DNA of 64,000 nucleotides from Geminicoccales bacterium (lineage in GTDB: Bacteria; Pseudomonadota; Alphaproteobacteria; Geminicoccales; Geminicoccaceae), in assembly GCA_050633905.1 (NCBI GenBank), contig JBOEHJ010000023.1, positions 43,677-107,676 of the forward strand, in the 5' to 3' direction. Below the pieces are notes generated by a model. The model did no database searches. It saw only the letters and a program-made list of their open reading frames with translations, and had not been told where the DNA came from. A program made the translations under genes and the position numbers. Shown piece after piece: positions 36,880 through 46,237 of the stretch (its first letter is position 1; every line of letters begins with the position of its first letter).

Positions 36880-38055
36880 ATGAAACACCGTATTTCCAAT
36901 ACCGATGCAAGACGGATCTGGCTCGATGCCCAGGGCCTTTCCAAGACTCCGACAGGTCCCCTCGATCTGCTGGATATCATCAAACGCCTGGGCTTCGTTC
37001 AACTCGATACGATCCGCGTGGTTGCACGCGCCCATGATCATATTCTCTGGAGCCGTAACCAACATTACCGCGAGCCGATGTTGAACCGGTTGCTGGCAAA
37101 AGAACGCAGCATCTTCGAACATTTCACCCATGATGCCTCGGTCCTGCCGACAGAATTTTACCCGCTTTGGCAGCGCCAATTCAAACGTCTGGAAGCCAAG
37201 GTGCGAAAGCGCCATTCCAGGTTGGATCGAAGCAGTTGCCTCCAGATCAAGGAGCGCATCGCCCAAGAAGGTCCCCTTTCGACCCAAGCCTTTGAGAGCC
37301 AAGAACCGAGGAAGAAGGAGGTGTGGTCGCGTCCTCCCCACAAAGTCGCTCTAGACTATCTCTGGTATGCAGGCGAACTCTCAACCTCGCATCGGAAGAA
37401 CTTCATCAAATTCTACGATCTTAGCGAGCGTGTGATCCCCGCCAATTTGCGCGCCGATGAACGATCAGAAGAAGACCAGATCGACTGGCTTTGCCGCGCC
37501 GCCTTGACCCGCCTCGGCTTTGGCAGCGAAGGCGACATTCAACGTTTTTGGGATGCCGTCAGCCTGCCCGAAGTCAAGAGCTGGGTTAGAAAAAACCACG
37601 CCGAGCTCGTCGATGTCGAGGTGGAAACAGCAAGCGGCGAACGGATAGAAGCCTTGGCGCTTGCGGATATCGAAGCACGTCTGGCAACAGCTCCCGCCTC
37701 CACATCGCGTCTTCGAATCTTGAACCCTTTCGATCCGGTGATCCGCGATCGCAACCGCCTTTTTCGCCTCTTTGGCCTCGATTACAGGGTCGAGATGTTC
37801 GTTCCCGCAGCTCAGCGAAAATGGGGGTATTACGTCTTTCCACTGCTTGAAGGCGATCGTTTCGTTGGGCGTCTCGAAGCGCGCGCTGATCGCAAGGCAG
37901 GCCTACTCACCGTCGATAATATTTGGCCCGAACAAGGCGTTCGCTGGGGTGCTCTACGCCAGCAAAAGCTGGAAGCGGAACTGGAGCGCTTGGCCCGATT
38001 TGTCGGTATCTACGAAATCCTGCCGGCGAGGAAGGCGGAGCCGCTTGCGTCATGA
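36880..38055 (+). CDS. YcaQ/AlkZ-like winged-helix protein (DUF1006; DNA interstrand-crosslink glycosylase family)
   Basis: ISNTDARRIWLDAQGLSK...LLDIIKRLGFVQLDTIRVVARAHDHILWSRNQHY...GYYVFPLLEGDRFVGRLEARADRKAGLL are conserved YcaQ-family motifs. Confidence 0.75.
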   Translation: MKHRISNTDARRIWLDAQGLSKTPTGPLDLLDIIKRLGFVQLDTIRVVARAHDHILWSRNQHYREPMLNRLLAKERSIFEHFTHDASVLPTEFYPLWQRQFKRLEAKVRKRHSRLDRSSCLQIKERIAQEGPLSTQAFESQEPRKKEVWSRPPHKVALDYLWYAGELSTSHRKNFIKFYDLSERVIPANLRADERSEEDQIDWLCRAALTRLGFGSEGDIQRFWDAVSLPEVKSWVRKNHAELVDVEVETASGERIEALALADIEARLATAPASTSRLRILNPFDPVIRDRNRLFRLFGLDYRVEMFVPAAQRKWGYYVFPLLEGDRFVGRLEARADRKAGLLTVDNIWPEQGVRWGALRQQKLEAELERLARFVGIYEILPARKAEPLAS

Positions 38056-38170
38056 ACTGATCCGCCAGATCATCGGTCTGATGAGGTATCAAGAGTTGTT
38101 GTGACAACCCATCCAATCGTCCCGCCGGGCATGGATTTCATCCGATCATGGTTTATTGTACGCTTTCATC

Positions 38171-39598
38171 ATGACCTACGAAAAACACTATTTCGATGAA
38201 ATGTTCGGGAGCGTTGGACAACGGCGCGAACCCTATGCCGATTATCATGATTGGATCCTGAATGAGGATCTTGCGCTCTTAAGAAAACAGGCTGCCGAGG
38301 CCGAGGTCTTCTTCAGGCGGACCGGGATAACCTTCAACGTCTATGGGCAAGAAGAAGCCGCCGAACGCCTTATCCCTTTCGACATCATTCCGCGCATCAT
38401 CTCATCACGGGAATGGTCGCGTCTTACCCGAGGAATTGAGCAGCGGGTTCGCGCCATCAATGCCTTTCTTCACGATATCTATCACCGACAAGAGATTCTG
38501 CGCGCAGGACGGGTGCCGGAAGAATTGATCGCGTATAACGATGCGTTCCTGCCTGAGATGATTGGTGTGTCGCCGCCTGGCAATATCTACACCCATATCG
38601 TCGGCGTGGACATTGTCAGAACCGGCGACAACGCGTTCTTCGTGCTGGAGGATAACGCGCGCACGCCATCCGGCGTTTCTTATATGCTGGAAAATCGGGA
38701 AACCATGCTGAAGATGTTCCCCGAGCTTTTCACCAAGATACGCGTCAAGAATATCAGCAGCTATCCGAAAGATCTGCGCACCTCTCTTGCAACCTCAGCA
38801 CCGAGTGCTTGTAATGGTAAGCCTCATGTCGCCGTCCTGACGCCGGGTATTCATAATTCCGCCTATTTTGAACATGCCTTCCTTGCGGATCAGATGGGCG
38901 CTGAGTTGGTCGAGGGCCGCGATCTTCGCGTGGTCGACGGACGGATCGCGGCGCGCACCACCCGTGGTTTCGTGCCGATCGATGTTCTCTACCGTCGGAT
39001 CGATGACGATTATCTCGACCCGCTTACCTTCGATCCCAGCTCGCTGATCGGCGTACCGGGGATCATGGATGTCTACCGAGCGGGCGGGATCACCCTTGCC
39101 AATGCGCCCGGCACCGGCATCGCGGATGACAAGGCGATCTACTCCTATATGCCGGACATTGTCGAATTCTATACCGGCGAAAAGGCGATCCTGCAGAACG
39201 TGCCGACATGGCGTTGCTCCGAGCCTGACGCTTTGGCTTATGTCTCGGATCATCTGGATCAACTGGTGGTCAAGGAAGTTCACGGATCCGGTGGTTATGG
39301 GATGCTTGTCGGTCCAGCCGCAAGCAAGAAGGAACTGGCTCAGTTTCGAGCCAAGCTCAAGGCAAATCCCAAAAACTATATCGCCCAGCCGACCCTTGCT
39401 TTATCAACGGTGCCAGTGCTGACCAAAGCTGGTTTGGCGCCGCGCCATGTGGATCTTCGCCCCTTCGTCCTGGTCTCTCCCAATCGCATCGACATCACAC
39501 CGGGCGGCCTCACCCGCGTTGCCCTGAAGAAGGGTTCATTGGTGGTTAATTCAAGCCAAGGCGGCGGCACCAAGGATACGTGGATTCTCGATGAGTGA
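38171..39598 (+). CDS. Circularly permuted ATP-grasp protein (CP_ATPgrasp_2 / DUF404-DUF407)
   Basis: YFDEMF..., TGITFNVYG..., IPFDIIPRII, VLEDNARTPSGVSYMLENR, LANAPGTGIADDKAIY and VVKEVHGSGGYGML match the family that heads Anbu operons. Confidence 0.85.
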   Translation: MTYEKHYFDEMFGSVGQRREPYADYHDWILNEDLALLRKQAAEAEVFFRRTGITFNVYGQEEAAERLIPFDIIPRIISSREWSRLTRGIEQRVRAINAFLHDIYHRQEILRAGRVPEELIAYNDAFLPEMIGVSPPGNIYTHIVGVDIVRTGDNAFFVLEDNARTPSGVSYMLENRETMLKMFPELFTKIRVKNISSYPKDLRTSLATSAPSACNGKPHVAVLTPGIHNSAYFEHAFLADQMGAELVEGRDLRVVDGRIAARTTRGFVPIDVLYRRIDDDYLDPLTFDPSSLIGVPGIMDVYRAGGITLANAPGTGIADDKAIYSYMPDIVEFYTGEKAILQNVPTWRCSEPDALAYVSDHLDQLVVKEVHGSGGYGMLVGPAASKKELAQFRAKLKANPKNYIAQPTLALSTVPVLTKAGLAPRHVDLRPFVLVSPNRIDITPGGLTRVALKKGSLVVNSSQGGGTKDTWILDE

Positions 39599-39626
39599 TT
39601 TGATGAACGCCTTGGGGACCAGATGA

Positions 39627-40568
39627 ATGCTGGGTAGAACCGCTGGCGGTATTTTTTGGATGTTTCGCTATCTCGAGCGCAGCGAAAACATCGCCCGCTT
39701 GGCAGAAGCCGGCTTCCATATAGCGCTGACCCGCTCGGCTGCTGCGGAGGCCGAGTGGTCGTCGATCGTGACCACCGCTGGCGTGCGTGATGTCTTTTTG
39801 GCAGAGCATGAAACTTTCGATGCGTCTGCCGTGATCAACTTTCTCCTGCGCGACCGCGGCAACGCATCTAGCGTTCTGGCTGTGATCGAGAGGGCCCGCA
39901 CCAATGCGCGCGCAGTCAGAACCGCCCTCACTCAGGAAGTCTGGGAGGCGACGAACGAGTGTTGGCTAACCCTGAAGGATACCCTTGCTCGGACGGTGCG
40001 CGAGCGTGATTTACCATCGGTTCTAGCGCAAATCCGTCAGCAAAACGCCCTGGTGCGAGGTGCTGTGCAAGGCACCATGCTCAGGAATGATATCTACGAC
40101 TTTGCCAGGCTCGGCACCTTCGTCGAGCGTGCTGACAACACGGCACGCATTCTCGACGTCAAGTACTATGTTCTCCTGCCATCAGTTTCTTATGTCGGCT
40201 CGTCGCTGGACAATGTTCAATGGGAGACAATTCTTCGCTCAGTATCAGCCCATCGCGCCTATCACTGGCTGAATGAGGGGGATATCAATCCGAAAGGCAT
40301 CGCTGAATTCCTCATTCTCGATCACCGCATGCCAAGATCGATGGTTTTTTGCTATACCAAGATCGTGGATAGCCTTGGCTATATCGCGAACGAATACCGC
40401 GCCCGCCATGATAGCCATGAGCAAGCCGAAAAGCTGCGCATGCGGCTGCAGGAACATAGTATCGATATGATCTTCGATCGTGGCCTACATCAATTTATCC
40501 AGGCGTTCATCCAGGCCAATCACCAGCTCGGTTGTCAGATCGAGCAAGATTATCGATTTAACGAGTAG
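39627..40568 (+). CDS. Alpha-E domain protein (DUF403)
   Basis: MLGRTAGGIFWMFRYLERSENIARL... and FVERADNTARILDVKY are typical alpha-E motifs. Confidence 0.85.
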   Translation: MLGRTAGGIFWMFRYLERSENIARLAEAGFHIALTRSAAAEAEWSSIVTTAGVRDVFLAEHETFDASAVINFLLRDRGNASSVLAVIERARTNARAVRTALTQEVWEATNECWLTLKDTLARTVRERDLPSVLAQIRQQNALVRGAVQGTMLRNDIYDFARLGTFVERADNTARILDVKYYVLLPSVSYVGSSLDNVQWETILRSVSAHRAYHWLNEGDINPKGIAEFLILDHRMPRSMVFCYTKIVDSLGYIANEYRARHDSHEQAEKLRMRLQEHSIDMIFDRGLHQFIQAFIQANHQLGCQIEQDYRFNE

Positions 40569-40572
40569 TCAG

Positions 40573-41367
40573 ATGCGACTTAGGATCGATCATCAAACCG
40601 AATACACTTACGACGGCCCTGTTCCCTATGCGCTTCAAGAACTTCGCCTGACGCCGAAATCGCGTGCGGGCCAAGAAGTGATCCGATGGAACATCGCGAT
40701 CGAAGGCGGCAACATTGAGTTGGCGTTCGACGATCAGCACAACAACCATGTCAATTTGGTCAGCATCGGCGCCGGCAACAACCAAATCACTATTCATTGC
40801 GAGGGCGAAGTCGACAACTATAACACCACCGGCGTGATCGGAATCCATGGCGGCTTCGCGCCGCTCTGGTATTTTCATCGATCCACGCCTCTCACCAAGC
40901 CCGGGCCACTGATGCGGACATTGCTGAAGGGTCTTGGTGAGGACGACGATGTGCCAAGGCTGCATGCGCTTTCCAAATCGATTTTGGACCAAGTCACTTA
41001 TGAGCCCGGCAAGACCCATAGCGGCACCACTGCCGAAGAGGCTTTGGCATCGGGACATGGTGTCTGCCAGGATCATGCTCAGATTTTCGTTGGCGCTGCG
41101 CGCTTGCTCGGATTTGCGGCGCGCTATGTCAGTGGTTATCTTTTCATGGAAGACCGGACCAAACAGGAAGCGAGCCATGCTTGGGCGGAAGCTCATGTTG
41201 AAGGGCTGGGATGGGTCGGGTTCGATGTCGCCAACGGGATTTCACCCGATGAGCGTTATATCCGCGTGGCAACCGGTCTCGACTACAAGGAAGCAGCGCC
41301 GGTTTCCGGCATGCGTTTTGGCAATAGCGTTGAAGCAATGAACGTCACGCTTCAAGTCCAGCAGTGA
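40573..41367 (+). CDS. Transglutaminase-family protein (Bact_transglu_N plus TGase core)
   Basis: MRLRIDHQTEYTYDGPV...LRLTP at the N-terminus, and the catalytic-Cys region GHGVCQDHAQIFVGAARLLGFAARYVSGY...SHAWAE...GWVGFDVANG. The start is set at ATG 40573, just after the alpha-E stop. Confidence 0.85.
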   Translation: MRLRIDHQTEYTYDGPVPYALQELRLTPKSRAGQEVIRWNIAIEGGNIELAFDDQHNNHVNLVSIGAGNNQITIHCEGEVDNYNTTGVIGIHGGFAPLWYFHRSTPLTKPGPLMRTLLKGLGEDDDVPRLHALSKSILDQVTYEPGKTHSGTTAEEALASGHGVCQDHAQIFVGAARLLGFAARYVSGYLFMEDRTKQEASHAWAEAHVEGLGWVGFDVANGISPDERYIRVATGLDYKEAAPVSGMRFGNSVEAMNVTLQVQQ

Positions 41368-41393
41368 TCTACGTCTAGGGAAGAGCGAGAGAT

Positions 41394-42125
41394 ATGTCAT
41401 ATTGCGTCGGACTCTTGCTCAACAAAGGCTTGGTGTTCATGTCGGACACGCGCACCAATGCCGGTGTCGACAACATATCGACTTTTCGAAAGATGTTTAC
41501 ATGGTCGGCGCCTGGCGAACGGGTGATTACTGTTCTAACAGCCGGCAATCTCGCAACGACCCAAGCCGTGGTCAGCCTCTTGGATGAACGGGCAAAACCA
41601 CCAGTTGAGCGCAGCCCGTCTATTCTGAAAGCCCCCTCGATGTTCCAAGTGGCGCGCCTCGTCGGGGATACGCTCAAAGAGGTCATTGGAGCGAACGGCA
41701 AGGATGGACAGCGGGCGAGCAGCGCCTTCGATGCCACGATGATCGTCGGTGGTCAAATCAAGACGAGCGAACCCCGCCTGTTCATGGTCTATCCAGCAGG
41801 TAATTTCATCGAAGCCGCTGCGGAAACGCCTTTTTTTCAGATCGGGGAGACAAAATATGGCAAGCCGATCCTAGTTCGAGCCAATGACCCGAATATGAGC
41901 TTTGAGGATGCCATCAAGCTCCTTCTCCTCTCCTTCGATTCGACGATCAAAGCCAATCTTTCGGTCGGCCTGCCCATTGACCTGCAGATCTATGAGAAGG
42001 ACAGCTTCCAATTGGGCAAGGAGAGGCGGATCGAGCAAGATGGCGCTTATTATAAACAGATTTCATCCGGTTGGGGCGATGCCTTGAAACAGGCCTTCCA
42101 CTCACTTCCCGACTACAAATTCTGA
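41394..42125 (+). CDS. Anbu (ancestral beta subunit) proteasome-type peptidase, T1 family
   Basis: MSYCVGLLLNKGLVFMSDTRTNAGVDNISTFRKM...VLTAGNLATTQAV...GETKYGKPIL. It is the fourth gene of the ATP-grasp/alpha-E/transglutaminase operon, as described for Anbu. Confidence 0.85.
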   Translation: MSYCVGLLLNKGLVFMSDTRTNAGVDNISTFRKMFTWSAPGERVITVLTAGNLATTQAVVSLLDERAKPPVERSPSILKAPSMFQVARLVGDTLKEVIGANGKDGQRASSAFDATMIVGGQIKTSEPRLFMVYPAGNFIEAAAETPFFQIGETKYGKPILVRANDPNMSFEDAIKLLLLSFDSTIKANLSVGLPIDLQIYEKDSFQLGKERRIEQDGAYYKQISSGWGDALKQAFHSLPDYKF

Positions 42126-42195
42126 ACCTTTCAGCGTCAATCCAGGCTTTGAGAAAGTGTCATGGACTGCCGAGGCGCTCCAAGGCGATGGTCAG

Positions 42196-42684
42196 TTAAC
42201 TGCCATGCTCATGTTTGCTACCATGTTTCATACTGTCTTTCAGCGACTTGATCGGTACATCGAGCGTGACATCACCTGCTTTCTCGAAGGTCAGCGTCAG
42301 CGGGACGACATCGCCGGCTTTCAATTCTTCTTTTAAGCCCATAAGCATGACATGCAGCCCGCCAGGCTCGAGATTGATCGGCTCACCAGGCTTGACGTCA
42401 ACGGCCTCGATTTGCCGCATCTTGGCTATATCACCCTCCATGATGTGGTTGTGCAGTTCAGCAGCTTCAGCGATGGGGGTTGCTACACTTATCAGCCTGT
42501 CGGCGACATCGCCATGCGTCGTAAGGGTCATGTAAGCGGCGGAGTTGGGCGCCTTGCCGATGGAGGCTCGCGCCCAGCTCTGATCAATCATGAGATCGCC
42601 AACCCTGACGATCCCCGCATCGTCCGCATTGGCCTGGGTTGCGAACATTAGCGTTAGACAAGTCGCTGTTAGAATCTTTCTCAT
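42196..42684 (-). CDS. Periplasmic copper chaperone PCu(A)C (DUF461)
   Basis: Signal peptide MRKILTATCLTLMFATQANA. Also SAAYMTLTTHG...AELHNHIMEGDIAKMRQI...GGLHVMLMGLK (H-x-M...M motif) and a His-rich tail. Confidence 0.8.
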   Translation of the reverse strand: MRKILTATCLTLMFATQANADDAGIVRVGDLMIDQSWARASIGKAPNSAAYMTLTTHGDVADRLISVATPIAEAAELHNHIMEGDIAKMRQIEAVDVKPGEPINLEPGGLHVMLMGLKEELKAGDVVPLTLTFEKAGDVTLDVPIKSLKDSMKHGSKHEHGS

Positions 42685-42813
42685 TGTCATCATTCCCTCA
42701 TCACGACAAACGGTCTCTTTCCACGTTTTCGTGCTGTTAACCGAACATGCGGAAACATGCCTTGCGACCAGCAATCAGCATGCGGTCGTCGACATCCAGC
42801 ATTGGGGCACACA

Positions 42814-43206
42814 CTAGGCGAGAGGCGGTGCCCGGCTATGAAGGGGACGATGGCAAAGGGGTTCGGCGGACCAACGATCTGTTAACGACGTCTCCACAAT
42901 CCAATAACGTAGAAGCGTCGGCGCTCCATGATTGCTGGCATCGTCAAGTTGGCCAAGCCCTTGAATCAGACAAACGAGGCAGTCAAGCGTTGAACCGTGC
43001 TGCTGTCCTGATGGGTCCACAGGATCCATAGGAGGGCCATAGCCGTTCGGAACCTGAATGGTCTTGAAGCCTGTCCCGGTGCAGATCACCAGCATCGTCG
43101 ACGTTTGAGCAGCGGCTTCAAGAACTCGCTGGCCAAGCAAAGGCTGAACCAGAAGTGCGATCACCACCAGCCAGATAAGATGTCGGAAGGGTCTCGAAAA
43201 CCGCAT
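42814..43206 (-). CDS. DUF2946-like small membrane protein (copper-associated family)
   Basis: It has an N-terminal TM (LIWLVVIALLVQPLL), a central CLVCL motif, and lies next to PCu(A)C as is typical for DUF2946. The assignment rests on context and pattern only. Confidence 0.45.
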   Translation of the reverse strand: MRFSRPFRHLIWLVVIALLVQPLLGQRVLEAAAQTSTMLVICTGTGFKTIQVPNGYGPPMDPVDPSGQQHGSTLDCLVCLIQGLGQLDDASNHGAPTLLRYWIVETSLTDRWSAEPLCHRPLHSRAPPLA

Positions 43207-43325
43207 GATTGTTCCGGATCTAGGACGACCGGAGTTTATCCATCAAGCCCATTAATGCAATGCAACAAATGACAAGCCTCCTCTTGCCGAGACCTTACGT
43301 CTGAAGTCCCGCTGCATGCTGCCTG

Positions 43326-44009
43326 TCAGACGACCTCGACGTCCAGATCGCCGATATGATCGGCATGACCCACCAGATGATCACCCCGTTTGACAGCAGC
43401 GACACCCGATGGCGTCCCGGAGAGGATGAGATCACCGGGGGCAAGGACGAAGAGTTCGGAGAGATAGGCGATCATCTCCGGCACCTTCCAGATCATATGA
43501 TCGATATCGCCCTCCTGGCGGCGCTCGCCGTTCACGTCGAGCCAGATCGCGCCGTGGTCAGGATGGCCAATATCCGCCGCCTTGATCAAGGAGGTGCAAG
43601 GACAGGATTTTTCGAAGGCTTTGCCGATTTCCCAGGGGCGACCTAGTTTTTTCATCTCGCCCTGGAGATCCCGCCGGGTCATGTCGAGGGCGAGGCCGTA
43701 GCCATAGACATGACCAAGTGCATCTTCGACCGCAATATTCGTTCCACCGCTCTTCAACGCGACCACGACCTCGATCTCGTGATGCACGTCATTCGACTTC
43801 GCCGGGTAGGGAAAGCGGCCATCCAGGACGATATTGTCGGGGTTTTTCTGAAAGAAGAATGGTGGATCGCGATCGGGATCGCCCCCCATCTCGACAGTAT
43901 GCGCCGCATAATTCCGACCGACACAATAAATTCGGTGGATCGGGAAAGCGGCGTCTTCGCCCTTGACCGGAAGGGTCGCGGCGGTGGGGGCTGTGATCAC
44001 GTAGTCCAT
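43326..44009 (-). CDS. Fumarylacetoacetate hydrolase (FAH) family protein
   Basis: IYCVGRNYAAHTVEMG...PFFFQKNP...HHEIEVVVAL...GYGLALDMTRRDLQ...GRPWEIGKAF...LAPGDLILSGTPSGV are FAH-family motifs. The ATG at 44009 lies behind GAGGAA. Confidence 0.85.
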   Translation of the reverse strand: MDYVITAPTAATLPVKGEDAAFPIHRIYCVGRNYAAHTVEMGGDPDRDPPFFFQKNPDNIVLDGRFPYPAKSNDVHHEIEVVVALKSGGTNIAVEDALGHVYGYGLALDMTRRDLQGEMKKLGRPWEIGKAFEKSCPCTSLIKAADIGHPDHGAIWLDVNGERRQEGDIDHMIWKVPEMIAYLSELFVLAPGDLILSGTPSGVAAVKRGDHLVGHADHIGDLDVEVV

Positions 44010-44229
44010 ATCGTTCCTCAACGAGTTGATCGGAAGGTCTTGGGCCGATGCATGCCATGACGATAGCCCAAATTGGCTGCTAAGAGGAAGGGCGCGACGG
44101 CTAAAACCTGGGATGAGCAGGTTCTGAAAAACGGAACATGCTCTCGCTCAAAACAGTTGTCATCAAACTGCCATCTTGTGACGCTTGCCCCTCTTCAATG
44201 CATCCAGGGCAAAGAATGCATCGGCGCTG

Positions 44230-44943
44230 AAACATGTCGTCTGTACCATTCGGATCTTGAGAGCATCTTGATATCAAGGCTTCTCCATTTTGGCGATCGG
44301 GCTTTGGTTGAGCCGATCATTCGTCGTCTCCATCCCAGGCCAAAGGGGCGCGGCGTTGCAGCAAGAGTACTGCATGAGGGCATGGGAGAGTTGCGGTTTC
44401 TTTGCCTGCCCAGTGCCTTCAGCGTCAGTGTCACAGCCAGCTGGAGGAGCTGGATTAGGGACTTGTGCCGGACGTTTCCCAACGCCGAGCTTACCATCAT
44501 CGATGGTTTCTATTATGATTAGCCAAGCGAGGCTCAGATCCTAGAAAAGGTGATGGCCGAGGGGGCAAAAGACCCTAAGCGATCAAACGCTGACCTTCGT
44601 GGTGAGTTTCAGCTTCGGGGGACTGCTGGCGAAGGCCATGGTCGGCCGTACAAGCGAGCCTGATGTTCGGGCGATCGTTTCGCTCGCAACCGAACATCGC
44701 GGCCATCTTCCCCGCATTGCCGAGAGGCGCGATGCCCGCCTCGGCGTGCCGCTCGATGTCGATCTGCCACATTATACCTATGGCGGCTGGTTCGATGGGG
44801 TTGTCTGGCCATGGACGGCCTTCACGGATCACTCAGTCCATCGCTTTCTCACCCATGGACATCGGACCTTCATTCGATCGAGCAGCGCTCGCGGCAAAGT
44901 CCTCGCCGATCTTCAAGAGATCGTTGCCCGCCATCACGGTTGA
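44230..44943 (+). pseudogene. Degraded alpha/beta-hydrolase (lipase/PGAP1-like) gene, several frameshifts and stops
   Basis: The C-terminal part is intact in one frame: LTFVVSFSFGGLLAKAMVGRTSEPDVRAIVSLATEHRGH...GGWFDGVVW (nucleophile-elbow-like G-x-S-x-G, then T-x-H-R-G). Upstream pieces (LLHFGDRALVEPIIRRL, ILEKVMAEGAK) lie in other frames and are separated by stops at 44545 and 44551. Confidence 0.35.
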
Positions 44944-45099
44944 TCTCACAGCGTTTCTTGGTGAATTGAAACAGAACTGAAACACAACTCCACAAATGTG
45001 AAATAAAGATGAAACAAACTGCGTCTAATCTCCGATCATCAAGAGGTGGACATCGGCCTGAATAAAGAAGGGCTGGCACCTCTCATGAGGAGAAGAACA

Positions 45100-45456
45100 A
45101 TGAACGCCATCATCGCCTCGCTTGCCGCCGCCGCGACACTTCTCTCCGCTTCTCTCGTCCAAGCCGGCGAGATCGAGCTGAATGGACCGGGTAAGGCCGG
45201 CATTGTGCAGGAGAATGGCGTCGATTTGGTCGTCTATTACGGCAGGGGCGAACAAGGTCTGGAGGTTACGGCTGCCTATCCCAAAGCCGCCACCTCAGAT
45301 GAGACCCAGCGGGTTCGCATGGTGCTGGTGGATGGCGATGATGTGACACTTGATTTGCCGGGTCTTGCAGGCATGACATTTAGCTTTGCCCGCGAAGGCG
45401 ACTTGGTCCGTGTGACCACCGGCAACACGCTCCACCTTGCCCATGTTAACCCCTAA
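45100..45456 (+). CDS. Small secreted hypothetical protein
   Basis: The ATG at 45100 follows a GAGGAG SD. The signal peptide is MNAIIASLAAAATLLSASLVQAG. I recognise no family. Confidence 0.5.
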   Translation: MNAIIASLAAAATLLSASLVQAGEIELNGPGKAGIVQENGVDLVVYYGRGEQGLEVTAAYPKAATSDETQRVRMVLVDGDDVTLDLPGLAGMTFSFAREGDLVRVTTGNTLHLAHVNP

Positions 45457-45480
45457 GGCAAGCTGGGGCGCCTGCGAGGT

Positions 45481-45515
45481 CCCGGTTCCGTCATCCCCCG
45501 CCCGATGGAACCGGG
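45481..45515. terminator. Stem-loop between convergent ORFs
   Basis: CCCGGTTCC (45481-45489) and GGAACCGGG (45507-45515) form a 9-bp perfect stem with a 17-nt loop. Confidence 0.35.
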
Positions 45516-45530
45516 AACCCTCGGCCCCTC

Positions 45531-46000
45531 TCAGTCCACCGCCAGATAAAACCGCCGCTTTTCCTCCGCGGTCATCTCACGCGGCAACCTTTCCCGTGCA
45601 CGCTCGATCAGCTGTTTTTTGTCACGCCCGACCCAGGTGATGCGGATGGTGTTGTCAGCAGACCCGCTGGCGATACGCTCACCATCTTGGGAGTTGTCGA
45701 GACGACGCCGACCATGGGCAGCGCATTCGGGAGGACGTTGCAGCCCGCCTTCTCCATGATCTCCTTGGTGATATGTGCCCGGCGATCGTTCAAACTTTCG
45801 GGCCAAGCTTCTTGTTCGTTGGGCTGGGCACGCGCCACGAGGACCAGCCCAGGGCCTTGACCTTGCCCTCGAGCTGATTGGTGAGCCGCCTCGCCTCGTC
45901 GAGATCTTTGTCGGTAAAAATATTAGGGTCTCGAAATTCGACCTTCAGGTCCCGGATATTGCCCTCAAGCCGTTCGACCAGACATTGCTCAGGTCACCAC
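45531..46000 (-). pseudogene. Remnant of a WD40-repeat protein gene (C-terminal end, frameshifted)
   Basis: The last repeat and tail, SQDGERIASGSADNTIRI-TWVGRDKKQLIERARERLPREMTAEEKRRFYL, resemble the typical C-terminus of bacterial WD40 proteins. Upstream frames give only fragments (coiled-coil-like ERLEGNIRDLKVEFRDPNIFTDKDLDEARRLTNQLEGKVKALG). Confidence 0.45.
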
Positions 46001-46237
46001 CGATCCCATGGGCCTAACTATCAAAAAACATCGTGCTCGAATGGCTTACCAAGATAGGATATGCGCTAAAAACGGCTCAAATTTCAGGCAAGTATTTCAA
46101 CAGCTATACCCGGCTTTGGTCTGAGGCTACAAGATGGATGTGCGGGGTAGTGTCGTTGGCAGGCCTGTTGGGATTTCCCGCAGTTCCAAGTTTCAACGAA
46201 GCTATTTCCATGACGCATCCACTCATTGAGGTATGCC

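Noticed and set aside
36726-36881. A 51-codon minus-strand ORF (MGQEVGENPKKVEACYEVTPARLAKRLALPRRAGSFGFSKLSQEELKMMSR) whose tail faintly recalls KGG stress-protein repeats.
   Set aside because: There is no SD. Its start overlaps the ycaQ-like start codon head-to-head, and the similarity is too weak to support a call.
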